From Lama glama (Eukaryota), in contig CM052816.1 in assembly GCA_028534125.1 (NCBI GenBank), positions 83,020,001 to 83,084,000 of the forward strand: 64,000 bases of DNA, in the 5' to 3' direction. How positions within the stretch are numbered: the stretch's first letter is position 1; every line of letters starts with the position of its first letter. Shown here in pieces: positions 1-10,990 of this stretch. The position numbers and the translations under genes are program-made. The notes under the pieces were generated by a model. The model was not told where the DNA came from and made no database searches. It saw only the letters and a program-made list of their open reading frames with translations.

Positions 1-1620
1 GAGGATTCAGAAGATCTTCTGCTACATGCGGTACAAAAATGGTTAAAGGGGATCCCACAATGATTTCCTTGGTAGTCTTAACCAAAAGAGCAGTGGTCAA
101 AATGGCTCTAAAGCAAGAGAGATGTCCCCATAACACCGGGTCCAACTGCTGGCTGTAATACCCAGTGGGTTATTGGTGGTGCTTGTGTTTTTGAGTGAGA
201 ACCCCAAGGGCATTTCCTTCTTTTTCATATACAAAAAGGGGAAAAAGGTAATCTGATCGTTGAGATGCTCATGGGCAGGTGGGTTCATAAAACTCTCCCT
301 TAAGTCCTTGAAAGCCATATTGTCTGGTTCTTTCCATAAAATAGGGTAAGAGTTATTATTGTTTAGTAAACTGTACAGAAGTTTGTCCATAATAGAAATA
401 TGGAATCCAATTTCGGCAACAGCCAGCTAGCTCAAGAAAATCTCTCACTTAGAGCTTAGTCTGGGGCTTTGGAAAACTTAAGACACCATGAAGTCATTCT
501 GGATCTGGGTGTAGCCCTTGTTTTGGTATCAGATGCCCTCAATGCCAAATGTGGATTTGGACTAACTGCAAGTTTTCTTTGGCAGCCTTATGTCCCTTTA
601 AGACTAAAAGCTTTAGCGAGTGGATACTGTCTTCCTATGAAGAGGGAGAGCAAAGAAGCAAATTCCACATATAGTATCAAAGTAGAACCTCTAGGGAACT
701 TTATATCATCCAGATCAGTCTTCAGGATTTGCAAGACATTTTAAAAAGGACACTCAGTAAGATCCTGAGGCATTACTGTCCAGGTGAATTGTTTTTCTCC
801 CCAAGTGATGGCAAACAGATATTGACTAGCTTCATCACATTTAATACTAAAAAAGTCACTGCATAAATCAATTACAATGAAGAATTTGCTTCCAGTGGGA
901 ATGGATCTTAGTAACATATGAGGGTTAGGAATGATAAGGTGTCAAAGAATAACAGTCCTGTTTATTGCTCAGAGACCTTGAGCAAACCTCTACCCTCAGC
1001 CTTTAGGTTTTCTCACCAGCAAAATGGAAGTGTTACAGGGGTTAGTACAAGGGATAATGAGGCCTTGTGCCTTGTAATATTCTATTATGGGCCATATGCC
1101 TTGAAGGGCTTCTTTTAGAGTATTGATTAATTCTGAGACGAGGTTGTTGAAATGCACTATGAATTTTACCAATATCAATTGGAGACTTTGTCCATAAAGA
1201 AGACGGTAGCTGATTCAGTAGGGATGAATGATGAGTGTTTCCAGAATCTGCCCTAATGCAATCAGAGATGGAGCAAATAAGAGACATCGAAAGGTCATTT
1301 AATTCACCAGTTGGTTACTTTGATGGCTACTGTCAAATTCTAGAATTACTTACCCCTTTTCACAAGAAAGAAAATTCCACATGACACTTCTGTAAGAAGT
1401 CTTGGACTAACAAATGGTTAGAAGCAGAGGAACTAAGGAGAAGGATGTGAATCTCTCAAAGCACCTAAACAAAAGGAAATAGAATCAGAGATTGGAACCT
1501 CTTGAGGTTCGTCAGAGATCCCTACTATTTGAACTATTTTAGTACTTCAAGGAAGGGACTATTTTTTTAGTAGTGGGTTGAGCTCCTAGAATGTAGCTTC
1601 ATTGTCAGTTAGGGGTGGAA
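1..1620 (-). pseudogene. pol: ERV pro-pol remnant (protease, RT, connection domain)
   Basis: ORF 996..1178 reads LKEALQGIWPIIEYYKAQGLIIPCTNPCNTSILLVRKPKG (RT N-terminus). QFTWTVMPQ lies near 765-790. The reverse complement TATGTGGAATTTGCTTCTTTGC near 650-672 is YVDDLLLC lacking 2 nt. ALGVLTQK..QPIGYYSQQLDPV lies near 135-215. Confidence 0.9.
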
Positions 1621-1639
1621 GACATTCAGTCCCAATCTA

Positions 1640-3103
1640 GAGACATGTTTCTCTGAGCCAGTTAAAAGGAAGGATTGGGAAGAGCCCCTGTAGTTTCTTG
1701 GAACCCCTTCATTAAGAATTGGGAGGATGTTGGAAAGACTGATTAGAGGGCTGAAGGCACCTAAAGTACTTAAATGTGTAACAGTCTCTTTTCTAATGTT
1801 CTGGCTCTTTGGAAGAAGAGCATAAACAAGGAGGGTTTTGGTTCCATTTAGAAGCCTCATTTACTGGAGCTGAAGATTAAGAATTTCGGTGGCCCTTTTT
1901 TGAGATGATTCATCTAGAGTGTGAGAGATTTGGTTTGCCATAATCTGGAGTGGATATAGTTTCCCATTCCATCCTGGTACTTTTTACTATAAAGGAAAGG
2001 TCCTGGTTCAGCCCATTAATAAATATAGACTTAGAAGCTCCCTGGGTAGGATTAACCCCTGAAGGAAAACCAGACTTCCCTTTAAAAGCAATCTGAAGTT
2101 GATTGTAATAATCATGAACAGGCTCATCAGATTTTTGTGTGCAGGCCTGAATTTTGTTCCAATCAACAGGTTTTAGAAAATCCCTAGGACTTGCTCAATG
2201 AAATCACTTAGAGATTGCCCAAGCCTGATCATATAATAAGTCAGTGGGCTGGTCTCCCAGTTATAATTCTAGAGACTTCTCAAGATTTTCCCAGTTAATG
2301 ATTTTCATCCAGTCCTGGGCCTGGCCTTCACTGACAAGCATATGAACTAGCTTATGTAAGTCAGAGAAACCAGATTAAGTTTGAGTGGCTGTATTAAATT
2401 TGTCAGCAAATATGTGAGGCTCTTTGGTTACTTTGGGAAAATCTTTGACTGTGGCTCACGGTTCAGCTTCAGTGCAGGGAATATGGGAAATTAGGCTTAG
2501 TCTCTGGATTCTCAGAAGACTTGCTCTTAAAAGGAAAGTTCCCTACAAGTTCAGAGGGAAAGGGAGTAGGGAGAGTTTTAGAGAAAAATAGAAGTTTGGT
2601 GAGAGAATTAGCATGGGGGATTTGAGGGTATAGAGGAGGCATAGGTGGCAAGAAGGAAGGAAGGAAGATGGCACCAGAGATAGAGTCTAGCCACAAGGAG
2701 CCCAAACGAGAGAGACAAGATGATGCCAGAGGCTAAGCCCAAAGACCAAGAAGCCAGGGAAGAGCCTGAGACTTCAGGAGCCCTTTTACCTTTCTTTAAT
2801 CATTTGTTTTTCTCACTTAGTCTTAAAATCTCCTTTAGTAAGGAGGCGATTTTAGGTTTCTGATAACATTTAGAAGTCTCAAAATATCAATTACAACAAA
2901 CATTCCTATTCAATTTTAGGGATATTAAGTTTGGGGACTTCAGAAGTTCCCCATAATGACTATTGATAGTCTAAGTTGCTTTTGGTCAGCCCGTTTTATT
3001 TAGAAAGGCACATGAGGAAGGAGCACTATTTTTAAACATAAAACCAACCAGAATCCCTGCAGTGGAGGGTACCCTCAAAATATTTACATAATCGGAATCC
3101 CAT
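1640..3103 (-). pseudogene. gag: ERV gag remnant
   Basis: ATG GGA (myristoylation-type Met-Gly) at 3103. Pro-rich PPMPPLYP in ORF 2469..2705. Major-homology-region-like peptide at about 2095-2155. Degenerate C..H.KRDC knuckle at about 1775-1830. Confidence 0.8.
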
Positions 3104-3648
3104 TTCTGAGAGGTTTTTCTCTAGAGTTAAAAAACACTTTTCAAATAGCTCAAACAGCTTATAACTCAAACAGCTTGCAAGCTAATCCCAGCCAATTCTA
3201 AGGAAACAGCTTGGTCTGAGAAGAGCCATGCCAAAGGCTTTTCAGCCAATTTCTATACAGTAACCTCTATTCCATAGGAATAGGCCAAAGGCTGGACAAC
3301 TGAAACAATTTTAGTGAAGCAGCCCCTGTTCTTAAAGGAATAGGCCAAAGGCATTTTCAGCCGGATTTGATTGAAACAATCTGATGTCAAAGTCAGACCA
3401 AAGTGCCAAACCAAGTACTCACATGCAGAGCAAGGAAGGCCTTAACCAGAAAGACAGAACCTTAAAATAGATCCTTAATAAAGCCTGGAGAGCTTCAAAT
3501 GCAAAGAGGGTGTGAGCTTGGATCCAGGAGAAAGAGATGCTCCTTCAAACTCCAGGGTCAGTGAGAAAAGCAGTGAGCAGCGGCAGACTCAATTGTGGAT
3601 ATCATACCTATTTGCTCACCAGCCCCGGAGCATTTGGGGGTCTTCCCT

Positions 3649-3667
3649 GGTCCCTGTATGGACCACA
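3649..3667 (-). promoter_or_regulatory. Retroviral primer-binding site, tRNA-Ile-like
   Basis: The reverse complement TGTGGTCCATACAGGGACC begins 4 nt after the LTR end (...TTAACA). It resembles TGGTGGCCCGTACGGGGA, the complement of the tRNA-Ile 3' end, with CpG-decay changes. Confidence 0.65.
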
Positions 3668-3671
3668 GAAA

Positions 3672-4019
3672 TGTTAATCTGAAACAAATAGACTGCCAGA
3701 TGTTTCTGCAGGAAAGGTGAGTTTATGCAGGATCAGCAGAGAATTGCAGTTTCACTATGCAACTGCAGCAAATCATGTATGATTCCCCGAATGGCAATGG
3801 AAGGAGAATGCTTTCATAGAGAGAAACAGGAAATCGGGGGTTGGGGAGGGCTTGAGTAAACAAAGAGTTCCTGGCTTTTTATTGACTGCGTCCTTGCCCG
3901 AAAGGACTTTTTTCTTCTTGGGCCCTGCTGTTGTCACAGGACATGGGAACTACCCCTTTTGGTCTCCTGACTGACTCTATTAAATTGCTGTTTCTGATTA
4001 TTGGGGTTTTCTTTTTACA
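3672..4019 (-). mobile_element. 5' LTR of the ERV
   Basis: On the minus strand it starts TGTAAAAAG (4019) and ends TTAACA (3672), directly before the PBS. It contains a degenerate polyA-like ATAAAC near 3721. Confidence 0.75.
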
Positions 4020-4319
4020 GTGCTGTACATTTGGACAGCATAAAGTCTGTATTTTGAGGTTGAAATGTAGTAGTTGGATGACTAACACATATATTATATA
4101 TTATACATTATATTCATGTATTATATATAAGTCCTCTCTGGGAACAAGATATGTAAACCACCTAATAGTATGTAAAATGAATCCTCCCTCTCTCTTTATA
4201 TATAATATATGGGATAACTGTTGAAAATTCAGCAGTTCAAACTGTTAGGCTTCTTACGTATAAGAGGAAAGATACTTAAATGTCACCCAAGTCAGAAGGC
4301 AGGAGAGCACCACTTTGGT

Positions 4320-4525
4320 TGTGGAGCCAAGAAGTATACGTTAGAAATGTCAGCTACTTCTTACCTGCCAAGATATCGCTAAGCAAATTATTTAATCTCT
4401 CAGCGCTTCAGTTTCTAAATCTACGAAGTGGGGATAATACTGATTTCCTCGTGTTAGTTCTTTGCAGGCTTCATGAATTAGAATATGTAAAATCTTTGTT
4501 TCTCACACATAGTAAATGCTTGCGC
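4320..4525 (+). mobile_element. MIR SINE fragment
   Basis: MIR core-like 'gcaaattatttaatctctcagcgcttcagtttctaaatctacgaagtggggataatac...cacatagtaaatgct'. Confidence 0.75.
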
Positions 4526-5212
4526 TTTACTCTATGTCAGGAAGACCAGAAGTACAGTTATAAAAGATTACTACAAATGTTCATTTTTTGTTATTTTTAG
4601 CACAGTACTACCTGAATTGAAATAATTATTCTAAAAAATGTAAATTCTAAAAATGAAGTGTTATGTTTCATGTGTGCTATGCTTAATTTATGCATTACTT
4701 GGCCAGATATATGATTTGTCAAGGTAAAGAAGATGATGTTGATTTTTAATCTAAAATTAGCAACTGATTTGTTTTGTTAGCTTTTTTCAGCATTGTATAT
4801 AGTCTTATTTCCCCTTCTAGTTATTTTGCCTGTGTGTCTTTTAACAACCCTATTTAGTTTTATCATGTTGTCATATTCACAGTTTGCTTGGTTGTTTATA
4901 AAATTGCCAAACTGAGTTTATCAAAGGAATAATGAACACTCCATATGACATTCATTATTTTGATTTTCAGTAAGTAGAGTAAATTGCATCCACAGTTTGT
5001 TACTCATTTCACTTTGAAATGAAACAGGTAGCCTTTCCAATAATTATTCTATCTTTCTATTGACAGTAACCAGTCTCTTACATGAATATCAAATAAAGCT
5101 TCTATTTCATATCCATGATTATACAACTGTATCAAATGCAGACATCAGGTTATTAATCTTTACTATGAAAATTAGCATTGAGCAGTTCAACAGAGAAAGT
5201 ACCTATCATCCC

Positions 5213-5685
5213 TGTGGGAGGCAGAATAATGCATTTCCTCACCCCCAGGGTATCCACGTCCTAAACCTAGGAACGTGTGAATATATTCTGTTACATGGCA
5301 AAAGGTAATTAAGTTGCAGGTGGAAATAAATTTGCTAAGCAGCTGACCTTAACATAAAGAGATTATTCTAGATTATCAAGATGGGCCCAATGTTACCACT
5401 TCAAGTGGACTAGAAATGCAGAAAGGGAGATTTTAATGACGCAGTGTGAGGGGGATTCAATCTGCCCTTTTGAATTTGGAGAAAGGGGGTCTTGATCCAA
5501 GGGAAACCTCTAGAAACTGGAAGAGACAAGGAAACAGATTTCCCCCCAGAGTTCATAGAAAAGAACTCAGTCCTGCCAAGCTCTTGATTTTGCCAGGGGA
5601 AACCTGTGTCAGACTTCTGATCTAGCGAGCTCTAAGTTACTAAATGTGTCTTGTTTTAAGTCACTCTGTTGTATCTGCTATACCA
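5213..5685 (+). mobile_element. MaLR solo LTR (MLT1D/E-like)
   Basis: Starts 'tgtgggaggcagaataatg', with typical MLT1 blocks 'gaacgtgtgaatat..tacatggcaaaagg', 'ggaaacagattt' and 'ttgttttaagtcact'. Confidence 0.85.
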
Positions 5686-5686
<1 letters not shown>

Positions 5687-5723
<37 letters not shown>

Positions 5724-5745
5724 ACACACACACACACACACACAC
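5687..5745. repeat. (CA)n microsatellite, interrupted
   Basis: Seen directly in the sequence. Confidence 0.98.
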
Positions 5746-6161
5746 TAATATGATGCCCATCTTCTGAGGGGTACCCTCCTTACTGTCTCATAGTCCAAAC
5801 AGACTGGGTGCAAATTGAGCACCTATGACCACATACAACACTTGATTTTCAGGCAGTAAATTTGGCAGAGGAGGAATATCTCGCGAGCCTCCACTAAAGA
5901 AAGATTACTAGTTTGACAACCAGTCTACCAGCAGCACTGTGTATAGTGATTGATGCCAATTTTATAAAATCCCAAGTAAATTCCTTTGCAGGAAAAATAA
6001 GTTAGCATAACATATCACATGAATCTATTTAACATACTTTGATAGTTTTCCCAGTAATTTTAAATTTTACTCAAATTGTGATAGACATCATACAGTTTTC
6101 TATTTTCTGCTTGACAGCTTAGAGGGTCCCTAGATACATTGCTCACAATGTTTATTCAGGG

Positions 6162-6200
6162 GATAGATAGGTAGGTAGGTAGGTAGGTAGGTAGATAGAT

Positions 6201-6255
<55 letters not shown>
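6162..6255. repeat. Compound (TAGG)n(TAGA)n tetranucleotide microsatellite
   Basis: Seen directly in the sequence. Confidence 0.98.
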
Positions 6256-7094
6256 TTAAGTTATATATAATTTAGCCTTTTCAAAAAAGAAGAGAAGAGG
6301 CAATACTTTGGTTTAGTTTTAGAAATATATGGCTGTGTTCACTGATGAATTTGCTCTCTTTAATTGGAATGTGCTTTTCCTTCCATCCTCTCACAAGAAC
6401 GTTCTTGCTTTGCTTGCCAGCATTTGAAGAGCAATGAAAGAATTCAGAAGTTATGAAGGAGAAGGAAATTCCTCCTTACAGTTGTCACGTTATCTTTCTG
6501 GCCACCTGGCCAATGCTCTGACAGAAGAGAGACCAGTTTAGTTTATTATTTAAAGCTGAGCATATCCGTTCTTCAAGAGAAGCCTAAGAATCTAAAGGAA
6601 GTACTTCACTGCAGGCCAGACATTACTGTGACCTTGACTCCATGTTTCATTAATAGTAAACTATTCTCATTTCAAATGTCTTTTTATGCTAAAGCAGCAG
6701 GTTTGTTGAACATAAAACCATGGAGAGAAATTGTGACATATTTAAGGATTTTTACTTTTCATCATTATAACTCTTGAGAGTTACTTAGTTTATTTTCAGA
6801 ATGACAATGTGGTCCATATTAGAAACAGCAACCTAAAATGTGGCAAACGTATTTTTTTAAGTTTTACTTTTAAACTTTTTTAAAATAGTTTTTTTCATCT
6901 ATTAGATAAAACACTGATTTATGAGTAATTATTTACATTTTTCTCCTTTATCTTCCTTTCCTTCTTTAAAGAAGCACGGTTAACTCACTCCAGAAAGGGT
7001 GGCATTGCTTCTTGTTGCATTAAATGTGGCATATAACATGGAATTGACAAATTTAAAACTTACAAAATGGTGGTAATACAAACAGAAGTCAACC

Positions 7095-7240
7095 ACACGT
7101 ACTGTTTACCATGTGAAGGCACTGTTCTAAGCATTCTTTACGTGTTGCTTCACTTAATTGATACAAAAGCTAGGAATATCTTGCTTGCATTTTATATAGG
7201 ACAGGTTAAGTAACTTGTCAGAGTTGCATAGTTGATCTGA
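7095..7240 (-). mobile_element. MIR fragment
   Basis: 'tttaccatgtgaaggcactgttctaagc...cattttata...ggttaagtaacttgtcagagttgcatag'. Confidence 0.65.
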
Positions 7241-7371
7241 TAAGCATAATAATCTTGCTGATAGGGAACTTTTCTTTTCTGTGCTTTTATCCAAAGCTTA
7301 GGTTAAAATTAATTTGGCTCTTTGGTTGCAAATAACAGAATAAATTCAAGAAAGAAAAGGCAAGACAGTAA

Positions 7372-7421
7372 ATATATATATGTATATATATATATTTATA
7401 TACATATGTATATATATATAT
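7372..7421. repeat. (TA)n-rich microsatellite
   Basis: Seen directly in the sequence. Confidence 0.9.
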
Positions 7422-7996
7422 TTTGGTTTTTAAGGGCATAGTGGCATCTCATGGAACACAAAGATATGAGGTCCTAATGAAGGGATTGGAACCATGCAAT
7501 AAGAAGCACTTAAGAATCACAGTTCCATCTTTCACTTCTGACCTTTCTCTTCTACTGCTTTAGTCTTTCTTCTCTCTAGACTAGTCTTTTCTGTTCCCTT
7601 ACCTTCGTGGTCAACAGAAGCTAGCCACCATTTAACCCTCATGACCTAGGTCTTTTCATTCCATGACCAGTCTGTATGAAGCTTGTCCTAATTATACATT
7701 CTGAGGAATATGCTAAGAGGTTAGATTGGTCAAACATAGGTATCCATCTCTGTCAAACAGTTCTACTGTTAATAACTTCACTTTGAATTACCTTGAATAT
7801 AAGAAGTAGAGGAGAGATAGTTGACTAGGAAATACCGTTATTTTGGTAACTGGAATCTTCCAATGTAAACTAATTCAAGTACATGTGATACCCCCAGTGA
7901 GAAGCTGATGATCTCTTGCTATGCAAATTACACGACTAGACCAAAGAACTTCAAAACTAAAATAAGAAGCTTTTCATTGACTACCACTCCCTTTCA

Positions 7997-8033
7997 ACGC
8001 ACGCACGCGCGCGCGCACACACACACACACACA
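7997..8033. repeat. (ACGC)(CG)n(CA)n alternating purine-pyrimidine tract
   Basis: acgcacgcacgcgcgcgcgcacacacacacacacaca. Confidence 0.95.
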
Positions 8034-8779
8034 GAGAAAGGCTCTCCACAGAGAAACTCAATAATGTGAAGAAATATTTGTGTGATTATATTAAAACAGT
8101 GTGTATGTATATTTTACTTGATTGATGTATACTTTTGTAATGCATTTTGAAATAAATGTCACCAACTGTGAACAAGCAATTTATTAAAATCCAATGATTC
8201 TTTGTTCTCTATCCTTTGTTTTATGAAAACTCTTGATTCCTTAAACAAATCCCATTTTATATATACATGATAAAAAAAAAAACCAGGTATAATTTGAACA
8301 GCCAAATATGGTACCTGCTTCTAGCACATTTCCTGCAAAGATACTTCTTGAAGCTTACTATGAAATAACTAAATTCTGCATAAACATTAATCTTATGGAT
8401 TTGGGGGCTTGCAGCACACTCTAGAAGGCTCTCAGTGGCCAAAAATAGTACTAAGCTTATGGAAATGGGAGGGTTCTCTGTAGGGTGGGAATATGAACAG
8501 GTGTCAGTTCCATCATGAGAGAAGACAATGGACATGGGATAGTTCCATGTCAGTAGCACACCCTTGATCCCAGCAGAAGGAATGAACGTACTCTCTGAGA
8601 GACAGCGTCATTAACTCAGGCCCCAGGTTTCCACAAATTAGGAAGTACTATGTAATGGACTCACAGTCACATATCTCACACACAGACACACACACAGTCA
8701 CCCTGAATGAGAATCTCTGGGGGCAATAAAAATAACAATAGATTTAGACTCTGATCAATGTTGACATTTCAAGAAATAA

Positions 8780-9220
8780 ATATAAATTGATTACCTTTAA
8801 ACTACATGAGAAGAAAAAGGCAGAATAATGAAAGTGAGCCAGCAACAAGTAAATAAGTGAAAATGAAATATAGAATACTTGTATAGATGATAATACCATT
8901 TAAAAATGAAAAATTAGTAAAATGAAACAATATATTGTTTAAAGATAAACATGTCGTAAAATATAAATAAAAAGGCAAAGTGGATGATGTGTTTAAAATT
9001 CAAGATGTTATTACCTCTCGACTGGGAAGGAGGCCAGCAGGGATTTGCAATCCTGAATGAGGAAAGTATCGGATGGAGAGAGTTAGAGTTTGTTATAGTA
9101 AGGTTGCAGTTCTTAAATTGTCTTCAGGTTCTCAAGTACTCTTTCATACTTCATAACTTACTTGCATGCCCCAAATATTTATATATATATATAAAATAAT
9201 TAAAAATAATTAAAAAAAGT
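8780..9220 (+). mobile_element. Old L1 (L1ME-like) 3' fragment
   Basis: A-rich text typical of old L1 3' ends: 'aatacttgtatagatgataataccattt...aaattcaagatg..ttacctct'. Confidence 0.55.
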
Positions 9221-10971
9221 TTTAAGGGGATATATATAGGCTAATATAAAATTAAATACTGTTTTATAAACTAACTTTAAACTTTATACTTTATGGTATA
9301 CAGGAACACGTGATCTAAATCGGTGTCTCCCTGGGAGCCATATATTCCTGAAGGTCCCCCATATTTCTCCTCCTTTTCCCACTGCTCCTCCTCTCTCTCC
9401 TCCTTTTTCCTGGTGGTTACTGTAAGGAATTTTTAAGTGGCTGCATTTACTTCAATTTTAAATTAAGTTAAACAATGTGGTATAGTTTGCATTATTTCAG
9501 TGGTTACCTTAGAGCTACATAGTTAATTGTAACTATAATGGCAACATTATAGAATGAATTTAGTAGGTGGATTTACTTTATGATTCGGTGAGTCAACAAA
9601 TCATTTTACTTTTTAATGATTTCAGATTAATGAGAAAAGAATGGAGGTCAAGGAAAAATAAAATATTTTTGCTAAGCCAAGGCTATGGGACCTCATGGCA
9701 TGCTCAAATTTTACAGTAGTTTGAATAACTAAAACAAAATTGATTCCAGAGTGGAATAATCACATACCTGAAACTAGAGTAACTATACTGAACTCAAAAA
9801 ATCCATGCTGGTGTGGCAACACTGTTCTTATATTTTAAGAGTTGATTTAATTTCAGTAAAACATTATCTGCCACATTACATTCATTTATTGTCTAATTTC
9901 TCAATATTTTTATGTAATTTAAATTTATTTAGTAATTTTTGTTTTTTTAGTTGTATAAGTGATACAATAATTACTAGTTTCATGTTTGTGTATATTTAAT
10001 TAAATTTATGATTAAATAATTTGGCATCATTTGGCTAGTTCTATAAAATATGACTACTATTTGATATTCTTACCCACCATTTCAGCTCACTGCATTTAGC
10101 TTGTTACAGACAAGATATTCATGTTTATTTTTATGAATTGATGAATGAATGAACAAATCAGCAAATAAGTGAACAAATCTTGCAGGAATCTATTTTATAT
10201 CTCAGCATTGCCCCCATTCAACAGAAAATGTATTCTAGGATCCTAAACTGAAACTGATTGTCTCTTCTAGTCTATGGCCTGATTCTTTCATGCTTCCTTT
10301 AATCTCCTGATGGTTTCTTGCTCAGATGCTTCTTATAAATGCATCTGGATATAATTAAGTATCCAAGATGCCTTCTGAAGGCAGTGTCATTTCACTATTA
10401 CATAATAAAGATTTTTTAAGTATAATAGCTTAACTTTGAGTCTAATATGCAGTAGATATGACATTCCAAAGATGAATCACCATTTGAAGAATCTACAAAG
10501 AAAATGTAAAGTAATTAAAATCAGTTGACTTTAGTGTTTTGGATCCTCTCACCTCAAGTATATAAGAGATGAGAGAAAGAAAGGAGAAAGGGTTTTGGGG
10601 AAGAAGATATTAGGAGGAGATATTTTCATTCAGAAATATTTTTGAATAATAATATGATGTGATATTCTTTCCCCCTGCTTCTCCCTCTCTCTGCTTAAAC
10701 GTTCATGTAGGGTGCAGACCCACACCAAGATCTATGGAATGCTTAATATGTTATGCCTTTATTTGGGAGGCAGGGTGGACTAGGATCTGACTCCCACCTT
10801 GGAACTGTTGCAAAGAAAAAGGAATTAATAACTCCTTGAAAAGTGATGCTATTTGGGGGTTGATCTACATACACTCACTGGATATAGCCTAACAGTGGAT
10901 GAATGCTTATAGGATTCTCTCCTAGCTGTTGTAAACTGTGGAGAAAGCAAGCTGTCCTGATTTCTGTCTAA

Positions 10972-10990
10972 TAGCGCCACCTGGAGTCAC
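10972..10990 (-). promoter_or_regulatory. Candidate CTCF binding site
   Basis: The reverse complement GTGACTCCAGGTGGCGCTA matches the core consensus TGGCCACCAG(G/A)(G/T)GGCGCTA over its last 13 nt, and the CpG is retained in CpG-poor DNA. Confidence 0.55.

Larger units (their letters stand above)
1..4019 (-). mobile_element. Decayed class I (ERV1/gammaretrovirus-like) provirus, 5' portion (5'LTR-PBS-gag-pro-pol), truncated by the window edge
   Basis: Minus-strand translation gives retroviral motifs in the expected order: MG start (3103), PPLYP, MHR-like IQACTQKSDEPVHDYYNQLQ, degenerate zinc knuckle, degenerate protease, RT (IIPCTNPCNTSILLVRKP, QFTWTVMPQ, frameshifted YVDD) and connection domain. 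There are many stops and frameshifts. Confidence 0.93.
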
